Origin: Wallemia ichthyophaga EXF-994
Lineage: Eukaryota > Fungi > Basidiomycota
Reading direction: 5' to 3'
Length of the DNA stretch: 248,000 nt
Assembly (NCBI RefSeq): GCF_000400465.1
Contig: NW_008806276.1
Location: 20,001 to 268,000 of the forward strand
In this document: piece after piece, positions 1-14,865 of the stretch
Numbering within the stretch: position 1 is the stretch's first letter
Layout of the letters: each line of letters opens with the position of its first letter
Position numbers and translations under genes: made by a program
The notes under the pieces: generated by a model
What the model saw: the letters and a program-made list of their open reading frames with translations, nothing else
What the model was told of the DNA's origin: nothing
Databases searched by the model: none

Positions 1-2080
1 TTCATCTTTTATATTTTGTGTGATTCAGCGAAATAAAATTCGATATCACCAGAAAAAAATATGCTGCATCGATTAAAGCAAGAACGCCATGAATCGCACC
101 TAAAACCTTATTGTAAGAGACGATGTTATAGAAAATGGATTCATTACAGTCATCGGTACTGAGACATGAAGGCGGTCAATTGCTAGTGCTTAGGGACTTA
201 AATTATTTACATCTTTAGCTGAGGTTATAAAGTATGCTTGTGGTTTTGTTGGTGGATGTAATGATAAGTGAGATTGCACATACGTTAAAGGTATCTGCGA
301 TGCTGCTTGTGAGTAGTGTCAAAAAGCCGCGAGAGCATGCCGTAGATTACTAAAAATTGTTCTGGTATTCAGACTAGATTTCTTCAGATTTACTATATGA
401 GAGCGCGTACACTAAATTACATTGGCCGCGTATGGTGAGTGAAATCCTGAAAATGTTTGTGCAGAATACATCTTATGCGTCGCAAAAGCACCTCAAATGT
501 TTTATATGCTATGAGGTTTTGATATGCACATGTCTTCGCATAAATTTATTACACGGCGATTAGTCAGAGTGTCCCAATCGTTTGTTTAGTTTATCGAGTG
601 TACATCTAACCTTGACTGGTTATCAATCAGATATAATATTAAACATGCCCTTAATAACCTGTGTGCGTATGACCTAGTGGTCAAGCGGCCCAACTCATTT
701 CACGGGCCTATTTGAGACATCCAAATTTTCCCTTGAACAACAAGTAATCAGCTAGCAGAAATCCTCGATCATGTTGAATGAATCAACTAGAGTCATAACT
801 AGCTCAGTGTAAGGTATACGCAATCTACAAATGACATAAAAAAAAAGTATTAGTAACGGCATGTTTGTCAAGCGTTTGGCGATGCAGAAAACCGCCTCAG
901 TAAGCTCGGGCTGAGTATTGGCAAATTAAACAACGAATATTTTGAAAAATACTTCAGCAAATCTTCAGACAGTTACACACGATCACTCTCGAACAAAGTA
1001 CAGGCCAAGGAAGAGAAAGTCGATAGAGGCTTTGAAAAGACAAAGCAGCTTCTATTTAGCTAGTATGGTACCTCAAAAAATACTGATAGTCTAAAGGTCG
1101 TAATGTACAACAGCGTTACCGATAAATCCGACCAAACAGCCCTATCTTCAGTGGCTATCGACAAGCCCCAAATGTGGTTCTTGAGAAAAAGCGAAATGAG
1201 CTTCTCAAAGCTGCGTTTAGTTTGATTAATTTCGAGGGCGCATCTGAATACGTCGTCGACATATACATAAGAGCGTGGGCAAGGTATCTTTCAAAACAGG
1301 GTATAGGTGGCGTTTATGCACCTGTTTGTCGAGTCAAGGCTCTCTCAAAAGACTAACGGCCATAAAAATAAAGAGAATATTATGTTACGACAGGGTGATC
1401 GCGCATTTGTACAAAGTGTGTCTAAGATTTGCCAACATAGCTTAGATGGTTAAATAACCCCGTGTGTGTCTGCTCAACAAGCTGGCTATATCAAGGTGAG
1501 TAAGTAGTAAGACTCGAGCGATCGAAAAATGTAAATCACCTGTATAGAGCCGAATAAATGAGAATTCGGGTGCTTGAAGCGTCTATCGCTTAGTAACGTT
1601 GGTTTTTGTCGACAGACTAAGCCAAGTCTTCCGTATCTATCCTATAGAGTGCTCCAGGCTGATGTCGGATTGCATTCTCCAAAAAGCGTGTAGAGCGCAG
1701 TTGGAGCCTCAGAAATATAATTCTGGCGAAATGTTGTAGAGCTTATTCAGGGCTGTTTTCCCAAACTTTTTTATTTGGAGATGATCAAACCTCGTAAATC
1801 AGCCATAGTATGTCCATTGGTATGTTGATATGCGCGGTTAATAAGATCTTAAGTACGCGTCAAGCGACTTGAGATATAATGAGTGCTAGGACTATGCAAC
1901 AGACAATACATCAGCGTCTACAATCACATCACAGACGCGGCTTAGTAGCGCTCTTTGTGATTACAGCAGCGGCAACTTTTAAGAAGCGGGATTGAAATAA
2001 CATCAAACAAGCAAATCCCAATTATTTAATTAAACGCTCATTCCTAATCTCATTTCTCGTCTCCTCTATCACAAACTGCC

Positions 2081-4659
2081 ATGGCGATTACAGTGACGCC
2101 TCTTGCAGGCTCTGGGAGGGCGACGAGCGGGGAAATGAAAACCAGCGAGCCGCTTTGCTACCTGATGGAGATGGATGGCGCGCGGATATTGCTTGACTGT
2201 GGGAGCAGAGATTGGGAGGCTAATGCGAACCCGGAATTTGGATACGAGCGGGCGTTGAAGGAGTGAGTGGGGATTGCACGCATTCTAAAGGCTAACAGAC
2301 CGCCCCCAGTATCGCCCCGACTGTCGACCTGGTGCTGATATCGCACGCCTCCACCAAACACAGCGGTCTGTACGCCTACGCATACACGCACTACGGGCTC
2401 ACCTGCCCAGCGTACTGCTCTCTGCCCGTCAAGGAGCTCGCCCGGCTGACGACGCTCGAGGATATCATCGGTTGGCGCAGCGAGAGGGAAATTACCGGGG
2501 AGAAGGCAAGCGAGTCTCCAGACGCAACAGACCAATCGCATTCGCCCCTCTTCGTTCCTACCAGAGAAGAAAACCGCTCAGCGTGGTCGGCAGTCAAGGA
2601 TGTGCGCTATCATCAACCACAGCATCTTTACGGCAAGCTACGCGGTGTGACGATAACGGCGTACTCCTCCGGCCACACGTTGGGAGGCACGCTCTGGAAG
2701 ATCCGCGCGCCCTCCGTCGGCACCATACTCTATGCAGTCGGGCTCAACCACATGAAAGAGCGCCATCTTGACGGCACAGCGCTGATACGCGGTGACCAGG
2801 GGGGTCTGAGCGTGCACGAGCAGCTAGTGCGGCCTGGACTCGTCATTACCGACAGCGAGCGCGGTGACTGCGTCAATGCCAAACGCAAGGACAGGGATGC
2901 AGCGCTGCTCGACTTGATCAACCGCACTCTCCAGAACAGCAACTCCGTCCTACTTCCATGTGACCCCACCACGCGTATCCTTGAGCTACTCGTCCTCCTC
3001 GACCAGCACTGGTCGTATATCCGCGACAAGCAGCCATCCTTCCGCGTCCCACTCTGTCTCATCAGCAACACGGGCAACGACATGCTCAAGTTCGTCCGCG
3101 GTCTGATGGAGTTCTTCGGCGGGGCTACTGCTGCTGGCGACAACACCCTGCGGCAGGGCAGGGGAGTATTAGAATTCAAAACACTCAATATATTCACCTC
3201 AGTTGACGCTCTCGAGGCGACCCACCCGAACACCCCGAAAGTCGTCCTTGCGGTGCCGCTTTCCATGTCTTATGGCAGTTCGCGTAGGCTGTTCAGCTCT
3301 TTTGCAAGCACGCCGGGCAACGCGGTAGTACTGACCAGTCGCGGGATGGCAGGGTCGCTTGCGCGCGACATATTCGACCGCTGGAATAGCCGCCAGGGCG
3401 ATTCGCAGTGGGGCAGCGGGAGGCTGGGCGCGATGGTACATGGTGATTGGCGGGTTAACATTACACAGCACTCGAAAATTCCTCTGCTGGGCCAGGAGCT
3501 GGAGGCGCACCAGGCGAACGAGCGTCTCGCGCGCGAGCAAGAGGCAGCCAAACAGGCTGCAGATTCGCGACGCCGCAGGATGATGGAAGCGGATGCCCAG
3601 GAGGCGGACGAGGAGGAGGAGGAGGACGATGAGGACGACGATAAGGACTCAGACAAGGAGGATCAGAAGGAGGAGGAGGTGCAGCAGGTCAGCTTCGATA
3701 TCTTCCTCAAGGGTCACTCGACCCGCGGTGCAACCTCCTTCTTCAAGACCGCGCAGGGTTCCGCACCGCGCTTCAGGATGTTCCCTTTTAACGATACGAA
3801 AAGAAAAATGGATAGCTACGGTGAGGTGATTGATGCTGATAGTTGGGTGAGCCGGGGTAAGGAGATGGAGCGCCAGGCTATCGAAAGGGATCAGGAGCAC
3901 GAAGCTAAACGGAGGAAGATGGAGGAGGAGGCAGACGCGACTCCCATAGAGCCACCCTCAAAATACATAAGCGAGCAAGTGGAAGTAGATGTGCGATGTC
4001 AGATCATGTACGTCGATCTTGAAGGTCTTAACGACAGCAGGGCGATCAAGAATATAATGCCCCGTCTCAACCCGCGCAAGATGATTCTCGTAGGGGGTTC
4101 TCACTCTTCATCCCACTCGCTTATCGGTGCATTCGATGCCATATCGGCCATGACCAAGGATATATACGTGCCTGCTATGGGCGAAACGGTAACGATTGGC
4201 GAGCACACGCACAGTTACACGTTCACTCTCGGGGACAGCCTCGTTAATAGCGTGCATATGGCTCCATTCGAAGATTTTGTCGTAGGTCACGCCATCGGCA
4301 CGATGAAATACCATGAAGAGGCCCTCGTGCCGACTTTCGAAGAAGCAGATGCGCGTGCTGCACAGGACAACTCACGCGCATTGCCCACATCTCTCTTTAT
4401 CGGCGACATGAAATTGACAGCTCTCAAAGCCAAGCTGGTGGGGCTGGGAATGAGTGCTGAGTTTGGTGGAGAGGGTGTGCTGATATGCTGGAATGACAAG
4501 GATGGTGCTGAGGATAATGCAGACGGTGCAGTGGCCGTGTCGAAGAATACCAACGGTGAACTCAACATTACGTCTAGTTTGATAGGTGATGGTGACATAT
4601 ACTACACGGTACGCGAGGCTGTGTACGGGATGCATGCTGTGATACCGACGCCAGCATAA
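2081..4659 (+). CDS. CFT2: Cleavage and polyadenylation specificity factor subunit 2 (CPSF100)
   Basis: MBL/beta-CASP layout: ILLDCG, LISHA, AYSSGHTLGGTLWKI, YVDLEGLNDSRAIKNI; one short intron near 2263. Confidence 0.92.
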
Positions 4660-4745
4660 CACGAGAAGAAAAAGAAAAAGAGTATTGTAGATTATTTAAG
4701 GGTATTTCAAAAGTGTATTTCAAATACCACCACATCACACTCCAT

Positions 4746-5658
4746 ATGGAAGGAAAACTGCAACAATACCCTAATCCAAACAAGTCGCCAAATCTAGGAC
4801 CGCTTCCTATGTTCTTGAGCGGCGACAAGGCGTCTGCACAAGTGGTGGTGTTTGTAGCGGGGCTGACGAACACGCTACTGAGTGTGCCATACGTCGCGCC
4901 ACTGAGCGAAGCACTGGAGAGAGAAGGCTGGGGGCTGTGCCAGCTGTTAACCAGCTCTTCAGGCTACGGCTTTGCGCATGGTTCACTAGACCGGGATGTG
5001 CGAGAGATATCGAGTGCGCTGGGCGAGCTGCGCAAGCTTGGGTGGGTGTGGATTGTATTAAGAGGGGTGCATAGCAGCTCACGCTCGCCACAGCAAGCAA
5101 AAGATAGTGCTTATGGGCCACAGCACAGGCTCACAGGATGTGGTGCACTACCTTACCGCCGACGGACAGCGTGAGCGTGTAGACGGCTGTATTGCTCAGG
5201 CTCCCGTCAGCGATAGAGAGGGGATTGACGATGGTATAAGGTCGCATATCCCCCTCGCTCTGCAGATGATGAAAGAGGGGAGGGCTGATGAGGCTATGCC
5301 GCGCGATAGCTGCAGCTGGTTCGCTACACCTATCACAGCTTATCGCTTCCACTCCCTCTTTGCAGAAGGTGGCCAAGATGATTACTTCACTAGCACTCTC
5401 CCGGATGATGCGTTTGAGCGCGTGTTCAGTAGACTGAAAGCACCATTGGCTCTCATTTTCAGCGGCGCTGATCAGTTTGTGCCCGCTAGCGTGGATAAGG
5501 AAGCGCTCGCGAGGCGTATGCAGAGTTGTGGCGGCGAGAAAATCAGAGTAAGCACAGTCGTACCAGATGCCAAGCATGACTATCAGGGGGGCATGGATGG
5601 CAGCAGGCCGACACTAAAACTAATTGAGGTGGTTTTGGAGTTTTTAAAGGGCTGTTAA
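4746..5658 (+). CDS. DUF1749-type alpha/beta hydrolase
   Basis: VVFVAGLTN, LMGHSTGSQDV nucleophile elbow, QAPVSDRE; one intron. Confidence 0.75.
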
Positions 5659-5694
5659 CATATAGAATGCATGTTAGTTTTCTACAAAACACTT

Positions 5695-6519
5695 CTACTC
5701 TTGTTTTACACCACCCTGATTACCCCTCCCACTCCACCACACAGCCCACGCAGCTTGGATGGCAGCTAACGGCGGACAAAGCCACTGGAGAAGATACCAA
5801 TAGCGCGTCCTGGCGCACCACTCACTCACCACGCCATCCACCTCTCTATACGTCTCCTCCCTGCTGCTATCGTTGTGCACCACCTGATCAGCCATATCGA
5901 CCTTGACGTCGATGGGGAGCTGTGCGGCTATCTTCTTCTGTGCATCGTGCTCGCTGATGCCATCTCTCTGCATGAGTCTGTGCAGCTGAACATCTTGAGA
6001 AGAATAAACCAGTGTCCTCACCCCCACGTAACGATGCAGATTGGCTTCAAAGAGGAGGGGCACATCGAGCACGACGACACGCGACAGACTCGCATAAGCC
6101 TTGAGCACCTGATGAGCTGAGCGGTAAGCAGTGCACTCGTTTCACAGCGCTCACCCACCTCCCACGCTGTCCGCTTGAGTATTTCCGGGTGGAGAACACT
6201 CTCTATCCACTTCTTCTCGGCCTTGTCGTCGAAAAGGATACGCGCGAGTGCTGGGCGGTTAAGAGTGTGTTGATTGGATGGCTCATCCCATTTCAACACT
6301 CTGTCGCCGTAGCGGTCGGCTATGCTGCGCAGAGCTGGGGTGTTTGGCTCAACGACCTGCCTGGCAACGCTATCTAAATCAATCACTCGCAGCTTGTGCT
6401 CCTCTCTTAGTCGCTGCGTCACTGTCGATTTACCCGTGCTGTGTGGACTGTTGAGTCGTTGTTATAAACTGCGCACTCCAGACACACGCTATTCCGCCAG
6501 TTAATCCAACGACTAGCAT
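5695..6519 (-). CDS. CAB5: Dephospho-CoA kinase
   Basis: Spliced MLVVGLTGGIA-SGKSTV P-loop, VVLDVPLLFE, RLMQRDG. Confidence 0.88.
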
Positions 6520-6795
6520 CAACATAGTCAGCTGTGTCTGATGCTATGATGCTATCCCATTCACCCACCCAGCATCCTGATTGTACAAAGTCAAGAAATC
6601 TCAAACCAACGAGTCACACGATTCAAACTACATCTAATTCTCGTTTGTACTTTATCAATCGGTCAATGTGTAAAAAGAAAGCTCGGTGAAAAATTAGGGG
6701 AAAAAGTGGAAAGTGAAAAAGTCAAAGTGAAGAAATCCATTTGGTATATCTTGTATTACTCTAGCAACTATCCAAGTTGCTGTTTTTATTGGTGT

Positions 6796-7928
6796 TTACT
6801 GTGCCATCTGTGCATTTATCAATGACGATTTCCTCTTATCCACGTCCTCCTGCACTCCGTACAAAGACAATCTCTTATTAAATTGAGACAGCGAATCAGC
6901 AAAATCGTCAGCATGGCTCGTCAGCCCGAGCACCTCCTTAGGACACACCCCTTCCATGCCCTTAGCCAAGTGGTGGATGGAGCACCAACCATCATCCCAC
7001 TCCCTGACAATATGCACCTTATCGCCTGGTATGAGCATAATCTCATCTGGCAGACTAGGAACGAACTGCGTAGTAGCGGTAGCTTCTCGTCCTTGCGTGA
7101 TTGAAATCTGTGAGTTAGTTAGTTGGTTGGTGATGCTTTTCGAACAACTCTGCCACCCACCGGCATTGGTATGTAGGCAGATGAACGCTCTACCGTATTG
7201 TCTAAAGGCGTTGGCGAAGTTATCTCCTCTGGTATGACGGGTCCACCGCCGAAACTTGCATTTGATTGTCCAACAAGGCCGCGATCGCCAGTGAATTGCA
7301 TCCTAGAACCCCTCTGCAGAGTCTTCTCCTGCCTCTTGCGCTTCTTGAAGATTACCAGGCTGATTAACACGAGGATGGCTATGAATGCGGCTATTCCAAC
7401 GCATATACCCGCTATGCTGCCGCCAGAGAGGCTATCAGAGGAGTCTTCGATGTTAGCTGTGTTGTCGGGGGTGGAAAGTGATGTGTTTTCTGGTGAAATC
7501 GTTTCTGAGGGGGTTGTATTTGATGGGGATGTGTTCGATGATGATTTGTTTGATGGTGATACGCTCGGTGAAGTTTCTGGAGAATTTTGATTGCTTTCTG
7601 TGGTATTATCCTCTTGTTCGGTTGAATTTGCGTTTGCGACTGGATTTTGCGTATCTTGAGTATCTTGAGTATCTTGAGTATCTTGTGTGTTTGGTGTATC
7701 TTGTGTATCTGGCGTATCTTGTATGTTCAGTGTATCTGGTGTATCTGGTGTACCTTGTACATCTTGGGCACCCTGCGCACCTTGCGTTACTTGGGCAACA
7801 GGAGGAGGACTGTCTGCAGTAGGTGAAGCAGTGGGAAGAATATTCGCAGGAATTCCACGCCTAATCATCCTCGACGCCTTCCTCTCCCGCCCGTGGTTAT
7901 GGTAATGATTGTGAATTGAACTCTGCAT
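6796..7928 (-). CDS. Single-pass membrane protein with S/T-rich ectodomain and C-terminal SH3 domain (Fus1/Mid2-like)
   Basis: TM segment GSIAGICVGIAAFIAILVLISLVIFKKRK; SH3 motif GDKVHIVREWDDGW...GVCPKE. Confidence 0.6.
7651..7790 (-). repeat. 9-bp tandem repeat encoding (TQD/TPD)n
   Basis: gtatcttga repeated on + strand; protein DTQDTQDTQD. Confidence 0.8.
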
Positions 7929-8115
7929 AAACGAGCGTATATTGTAATGTAACTATTTAATTGAATATCGTCCCGCGTTATTCAATCCTTTTTCTTTTTT
8001 TTTTCGTTTTCCCCGTTGGTTGCTCTCCTCAAACCACCTCGCCGCGTGCGAGCCTCAGTTTCACTTTAACGTCAGTGCATTCCTCGCTGAAAAGTATTTT
8101 ATTTATTTAATCTGT

Positions 8116-11100
8116 TTACATATTTACTGCTACGTATTTATTGCGTGCTGCTTTCTTCCCTTTTCGTTGTATTGGTTGTGTTGGTTGTGGTGCATTTGGT
8201 GTAGGTGGTGTTCCAGCAGGTGTTCCAGCGGGTGTTCCAGTAATTGCCGTACTTAGTGGTCGTGGTGGTGGCGGCGGCATTACACCCGCTCCACTCCCAC
8301 TCCCACTCTCTCCCTTAAGATCCATACTCACGCTGTTTTTCAGCGCACTCGCTCCCCGCGTCCCAGCCAATCCCGGCGACACAGTGCTAGAGCGTGGAGG
8401 TGGCGGTGGCATCCTAGGCGACGCAGCAGTCCCACCTTCACTCCCACTCTCATTCGCCTTATTCACCCAGCGCTTCTGATCAGGATCGTAGTAAAACGAA
8501 GACTGCTCACCCAGCTTTGCCTTTACTGGCCCTCCTCCTTGGTTTGTATTCTGCTCATCCTTCTTCCACCACCTGCTCAGCCAACTCGATGAAACTGATT
8601 GTTTGAGTTCTGTTGGGTTCGTTAGTATGGTGTGCTGGTCAATAACTCTCTTTACACACCTGGTCGCTTCTCCTGCCTTCCCTTGCTCTCTTTATTTTCT
8701 CCCTCTTTCTCCATCTTCTCATCCATCCGAGGCGTGCTGGCGGGAGTCGTCGAGCGCGAAAACCACCCCGACTTCTCTTGTTTACCGGGTGCAGGTGCAG
8801 GTGGTGGTGGCGGTGGAGGTTGATATGTTGCCGCAGTTTTCTCTTCTTCTCCATGATGCCCCTCATTATCCTTCTCTCTCATCTCTTTCGCTTTCTTGGT
8901 CGAACTGTTGCCGAAACCGAGGTCATCTTCCAATTCATCCGCCTCGTCTATTTCATCAATTACGCGAGGACTGATGTACGCATTTGCATTTGAATTCTCT
9001 GTCGTCGTTGTCGGGATTGGAACATCCATCGAATCCATAAGCGAGACGAAATTTCCTCCCTCACTTTCATCCAGTTCTTCAGGCGCATTAAAGTCTTCAC
9101 TCGCACTTGTCGAATGACCGAATGGCGATGTTATAGCTGGTTGAGCAGGTGGTGGTGGGGGTTGAGAGTGTGATGAAGGGGGCTGGGGGTGAGGCTTTAG
9201 CTGCGACTGTGATTGTGATTGTGACTGTTGCTGCGCTGGTGAAACATTCCGCACTGGTTGAGCAAGTGGTGGTGGTGGTGGTGGTTGCATTTGCGCAGGA
9301 GGCGGAGGTGGGGGTGGTTGCATCTGTTGAGTGGCAGGATGTGGTTGCATTGACGTTTGCAGCGGCATTTGCACATTCTGCAAATCTTTACCAAGCATCT
9401 CTCCATCTTGTGCCACCCCAACCCCATTAAATTCATCGCTAAAGGGCGGCGTTACAGCTGCACGAGTAAAGCCCTCTCTATCTTCACCCTCCATTGGTGA
9501 AGGAAGGTCGCGCAGGAGGTTGTGCATGTTACCTAGCCCGTTGGCGATGGTATTGGCATTGGCAGTGGCCACACCACCTAATCCACCCATTGCACTCGCA
9601 GCTCGAGGTTGTCCAAGCGCACTGCGTGCACCGGCTGCACCGCTAGCAATGCCAGGAGTGAGGTATGACGGGCTGTGTGAGGCGCGTCTATCGAGCAAGC
9701 TCATACCCTCACTCATACCCGCACCCGCGTTTTCACCAGCAGCATTACTATAATTGGGTAAATCAAAAGCCGAGACTGCGCGACTGAGTCGACCGTTCGT
9801 CGAAGACTCGTCTATGCTGGTAAACGTAGCGAAGGGGTCATCCTGGGTAGTTTTCTGTGCGTGCGTTGTTATAGCATTCTCGCCCTCTTCGTCATTCCCA
9901 GCTATAAATTTGGTCAGCTTCCCCTCCATGCTATTCCACAATGTGTCTAGAGAAGGACGAGCTATTTTCTTTGTTAGCCACGATTTGTCCGCTGTGTGCA
10001 GATGCGCTGCTAGTCTGTCGCTCAGTTCCTTTAGCTGGATATAAATGTTGGGGTGGTATTGGAGTTGCTTGGACATTTTGATAGATGTTGCTATTGCTTC
10101 ACAGTACCTGCGATTAGTAGTAGTCAGCTGGTGCATCTCGCCTTTAGCTACATCATGTATCACCTACCTATTCGCATCATGAAGTCGACCAGCTTCGGCG
10201 AGATGCCAAGCATGTACGAGTTTGTAAATCTGCAAGTGTGGCATACCGCTGTACTCGCCGCGCTTCACATGCGCCTTCATATGCGGATTGAGGCTGAGAG
10301 CGTACTCGAGAATCTCGCTCATTTCGCACGACTCGTCTGAGTAAGCGTTATGTGCGCACCCCACCAAATTGAGACGCACTTTGTCCACACTCTGCGCAAG
10401 TATGTAGACCGTGTGCGCGCCATCCACTTCACCCACCTCCGCAAGCCTGTCACCTAGCTCGGACAGCGCGTGTTGTGCATCGCTATTGTCTAGATTGGAG
10501 ACGAGCGTCGCGGCCGTCGCGCTCCAGTTGCGCGTGTCACTCGGTGTGTTTGTGCTCCTGAGCGTACCTGCAAAGAGACCGTATGCAACGCGCAAGCTGT
10601 CCCAGTTTTTGGTGTTGTGGGTGCTGCCTGTGTTATCGTTGCCACTGCCACTGCTGCTTGGCAACTCATACGCTATCAACGCACTCACAACCTCCGACCA
10701 CAGCTGTCTGTCGACGCATGAAGAAATGAGCAGAGCATGCGACCATAGCTTGTGCTCGAGTGCATACATGACCGCTTCGCGCTTGGCCCCCTTCACGAGG
10801 AATTGTTGGATTGCACCGAGATGGCCCGTCGTCGTGCAGTACGTCGCTACAATGTCCGCACTGTCTTCAACAGCATAGGGGGTCTGCGATGACGGGAAAG
10901 GCTTCATGTGTGGGGACGTCTCGTCGGCAGGCACAGTGATTTGGAGACCAGATGGAGCGCGTTTGTGGGAGTGCGCGTTAATGTCGTCCGAGATGAGTGC
11001 ATCACGTATTTCTTCACTTTGGCGGGAGCTCAAAATACCATCATGGATGAGCATTACCCTAAGCACCTTCAGCAGAGCCATTTTCGGATACGTTGCTCCA

Positions 11101-12308
11101 GTGCTTATCTTGTTATCGAGGTATCGCAGAACTTGGGACTTGGTGGTATGGGAATTGCCCAAGAGTGGGCCTGGGAATGGTGGTGAGAGGTCTGGGGGTA
11201 GTACGCTGGCCAATTCGGCAATGTTGACAGTAGACGGAGTTGGCTGAGACATGCCCAATGTTGAGGGAGTGAAGGGTGATGCTATGGGAGTTGAGGGGTT
11301 GTGGATAACCAGTTTGCCACCAAAACCGAAAGAGACTATTGGGGCGTTTGAGAAGGTGTCTTGGGTGGGGTGGGGTGTTTGACAGTTAGATCGTGGCTCA
11401 TACTGTTGTTGATTGGTCGCAAGACTTGGATCATACTGCTGTTGAACAGGTACGGCTGCTGGTGAAAGAGCAGGAGCAGGAGTAGTGTAAGCAGAGTGTT
11501 GTTCAGAATACAAATCAGACTGTTGCTCAGAGCCCCGCTCGGCAATCTGCCCAGAAAATTGCTCATAAAGTTGCTCGGGCTGTTGAGTGATTGCTGGTGG
11601 GGAGTAGATGGACTGAGGGTGCACAGGTGGGGCAGTTGGAGCTGCTGGTGGTGGTGGAGAGTATCCTGATTGTTTTGGCGGTGGCTGCGTAGGCGTGGAA
11701 TAGAGTGATTGTACTGGGGGTTGTTGAGTGGCTTGCTGAGTGGCATGTTGAGTGGTTTGAGTGGCTTGTTGAGCAGGTGGAACGTATACTGATTGCTCTG
11801 AGTATAATGGCTGCTCTGAGTACGCTGGTTGCTCTGGATAAGCTGGTTGCTGTTGAGCCGTAAGATAATGCTCCTGCGTTGGCTGTTGATAGAGATAAGA
11901 TGGCGTATACTGTGGTTGCTGTTGCTGCTGTTGCTGCTGATACTCCTCCTGCTGCCATGGATCATCTACACCAACGAGCTGCTCAAAAGGCTCCTGAGTT
12001 TGTTCAAGGTCATTATCCCCATTATTCCCTTGAAAATAAGCAGAATCGGCTAGAAATTGGTCATGGTGGGTAGAATTAAAGGGTATGTCATCGTGAAGAG
12101 GTGCATCTCCACGCATCTCTGGTTCATCTTTATGCATCTCTAATCCGTCTTCGCGTATCTCTTTATCAAAATGAAAATCGAAATCATCTGGATACCAGTA
12201 AACCCAATTGCCTGCGTCATCAAAGTAGCCGTAGCCGTAGTCCTTTAGATAAAGTACACCATCTGGAATAAAGAAATTAGCAGATTTAGGAGAAGCGGGG
12301 ATGTTCAT
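8116..12308 (-). CDS. SEC16: COPII coat assembly protein Sec16
   Basis: [29 protein letters not shown] conserved central domain; low-complexity termini; introns. Confidence 0.85.
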
Positions 12309-12350
12309 CGATGATGGTGGTTTGGGATCAACCCTTAAGACGCTACTTCC

Positions 12351-14865
12351 ATGTCAACAGCCAATACCAAAGACAAGGATTTATTTTATAAAATTGATTT
12401 GAGTGAAACCAAGCAGCAGCTAAATGATTTTAATAAAAGGGACAAGAATTTCAACAATTTAAAGTTAGTTTTAAAGAGAATACTGGCGAATGTTACTATG
12501 GGCTATGATTTGTCTGGTATTTACAAGGATGTTGTGCAGCATTTGAGCGTTAAGGATATTCAAATCAAGAAGCTTATTTACTCGTACCTAGCCACCTACG
12601 CTAAACATCGCCCTGATCTCATCCACCATCCCGTTTCTCTCCTTCTCAACGATTGCGCTGATAGGAATCCTTTACTGCGCTCCCTTGCCCTACGCACCAT
12701 GTCCTATATACAACTCCCATACGTTGCTCACTCTCTCATGGACCCTCTCAGGCATTGCCTCTCCGACGCTGATCCTTACGTGCGTAAAACCGCCGCAATT
12801 AGCCTCTGTAAGCTCTACTCTTACGACCCTGCTCTTGTAGAGAAGCACAGCTTGATTAGATTCCTCCGTGACCTCCTCGCTGACTCAAACGCTGCCGTCG
12901 TCGCAAACGCTGTCGCTGCCTTATGCGAAATTGCAAACAAATCCTCCAACATACAGCTTAAATTGAATATTACCATTGCCAATAAGCTCGTGAACGCTCT
13001 CGACGAGTGCTCCGAGTGGGCCCAGGTCTATATTCTCGAATCCCTCCTCCATTTCACCCCTCAATCTTCCCATGACGCTACTCTCCTCATTGAACGCATA
13101 GCCACCAATCTTCAGCACTCTAACAGCGCTGTCGTTCTTTCCTCTACCAAGATCATCATCTATCTCTTCAACTATATCCAAAACCAAGACACCATTTCTC
13201 ACTACTCCCGCAAACTCAGCCCTCCTCTCATAACTCTCCTCTCTTCACCTCCTGAAGTTCAATATGTTGCCCTTCGCAACATCCTTCTCATCATCCAGCG
13301 CCGTCCTTTGGTGTTGCACGCTGACGTCAAAATTTTCTTCGTCAAATACTCCGACCCTATCTACGTCAAGCTGGCCAAACTCGAGATTATCTACCGTCTC
13401 ACGCGTGTCGAGAATTACCGCGAGATTCTCGCTGAGTTGAGTGAGTATGCGACGGAAGTTGATGTAGATTTCGTACGCAAAGCGATAAAGTTAATGGGAC
13501 GACTAGCGATAAAAATTGAGGAAGCGAGTGATGAATGTGTTCGAGTGCTTTTATCTCTCCTCAACGATGGTATTGGGTATGTAGTGCAAGAGGTGATAGT
13601 AGTGATGCGAGACATTCTGCGCAAGTATCCGACACGCTACATCCGCGACTTGCCCGTTTTAACAGCGCAAATTGATCACCTCAATGACGTTGAGTCTCGC
13701 TCAGCGATGATCTGGATGATAGGGGAATATGCTGATATGATACCGCTCTCTCACGAGCTGCTCGACGACTATCTCTTTGCATTCCGCGAAGAGCATGTCG
13801 ATGTACAGCTGTCTCTCCTCACAGCAACAGTTAAGCTCTTTATCAAGACTCCCCATCAGGGTCAGGAACTAGTCCCGCGCGTGCTCGCTTGGGGGACTGA
13901 AGAGATGGATAATCCTGATATACGTGATCGCGCTTTTCTCTACTGGCGCCTCCTCTCTAGTGACCCTAACGCCGCGCGCGATGTGGTGCTAGCTACTAAA
14001 CCTACCATTAGCACCGATGCTGATCGCATGGATCGCTCTCTCCTTGACTCGCTCCTTTTGCATGGTGAGTAGGAACATGAAACCTCACCCACCTCACTTA
14101 GCTCACACATCCCTCTCAGTCGGTGAACTTAGCTCCGTGTATCACAAACAGCCTACGGCATTCATACGCGGCGCTAAAGTTAGATACCTCCCAGACTCAC
14201 CGTGTCTGGATACGCACGCACGCAGAGCGGCCCAGACGGCCAGTGCGCGTCATGAAGCTCCGACGCCGCTACCGAGTGTCCCGTCGCCCGATGTGGCTGT
14301 TGGCGGCGATGGGAGTGGTGGAGGTGAGGGTGCTGGAGAGAGTTTGAGTGTGAGTGTGAACGTGAATAACAGTGCTCACGCTCCAGCTCCCAGCCCCACC
14401 TCACCCACCAACCCCGGCTCAGCTAATGATCTCCACGCCCGTCCTATCTCTGTCGCTGGCGATCTCCTACCGCAGCATCTCACAGACGGTGGGATACATG
14501 CGGCGAATTCAAACAGACTTACGGCTGACTTTGGTCGTTTGAGTGTCGGTGGAGTAGGAGTGGGTGGAATGAGTCCCAGTGGCAGTCTAGGTGTGAATAT
14601 GAATGAAGAGCAACACGCAAACCACTCTCCGCACTCTCCTTCTTCACCTATTTACCCGGATGCTCACTCTCACTCTCTCCATTCCCCACATTCCAACTCC
14701 ACTCCCCCCTCAAACACACCGCACGGAGCTTACACCCAACTCAACCCTAACAGCGCAGAGACTAACGACCCTTCCAACCCTTATGCAGCACTGGGCGATG
14801 CGTTCGACGATACTCCCGTTCTTCACTCGAGAGGTGACCACAATGATTCGCTGTTAGACTTTTAG
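12351..14865 (+). CDS. Adaptor protein complex beta subunit (AP-1/AP-2 type beta-adaptin)
   Basis: KKLIYSYL, NPLLRSLALRTM, DPYVRKTAAI, DNPDIRDRAFLYWRLLS. Confidence 0.88.

Noticed and set aside
1-2080. Gene-free start of the window as a telomere or transposon
   Set aside because: No telomeric repeat, terminal repeat or recognisable transposase/RT motif; the short ORF at 1174 is unsupported.
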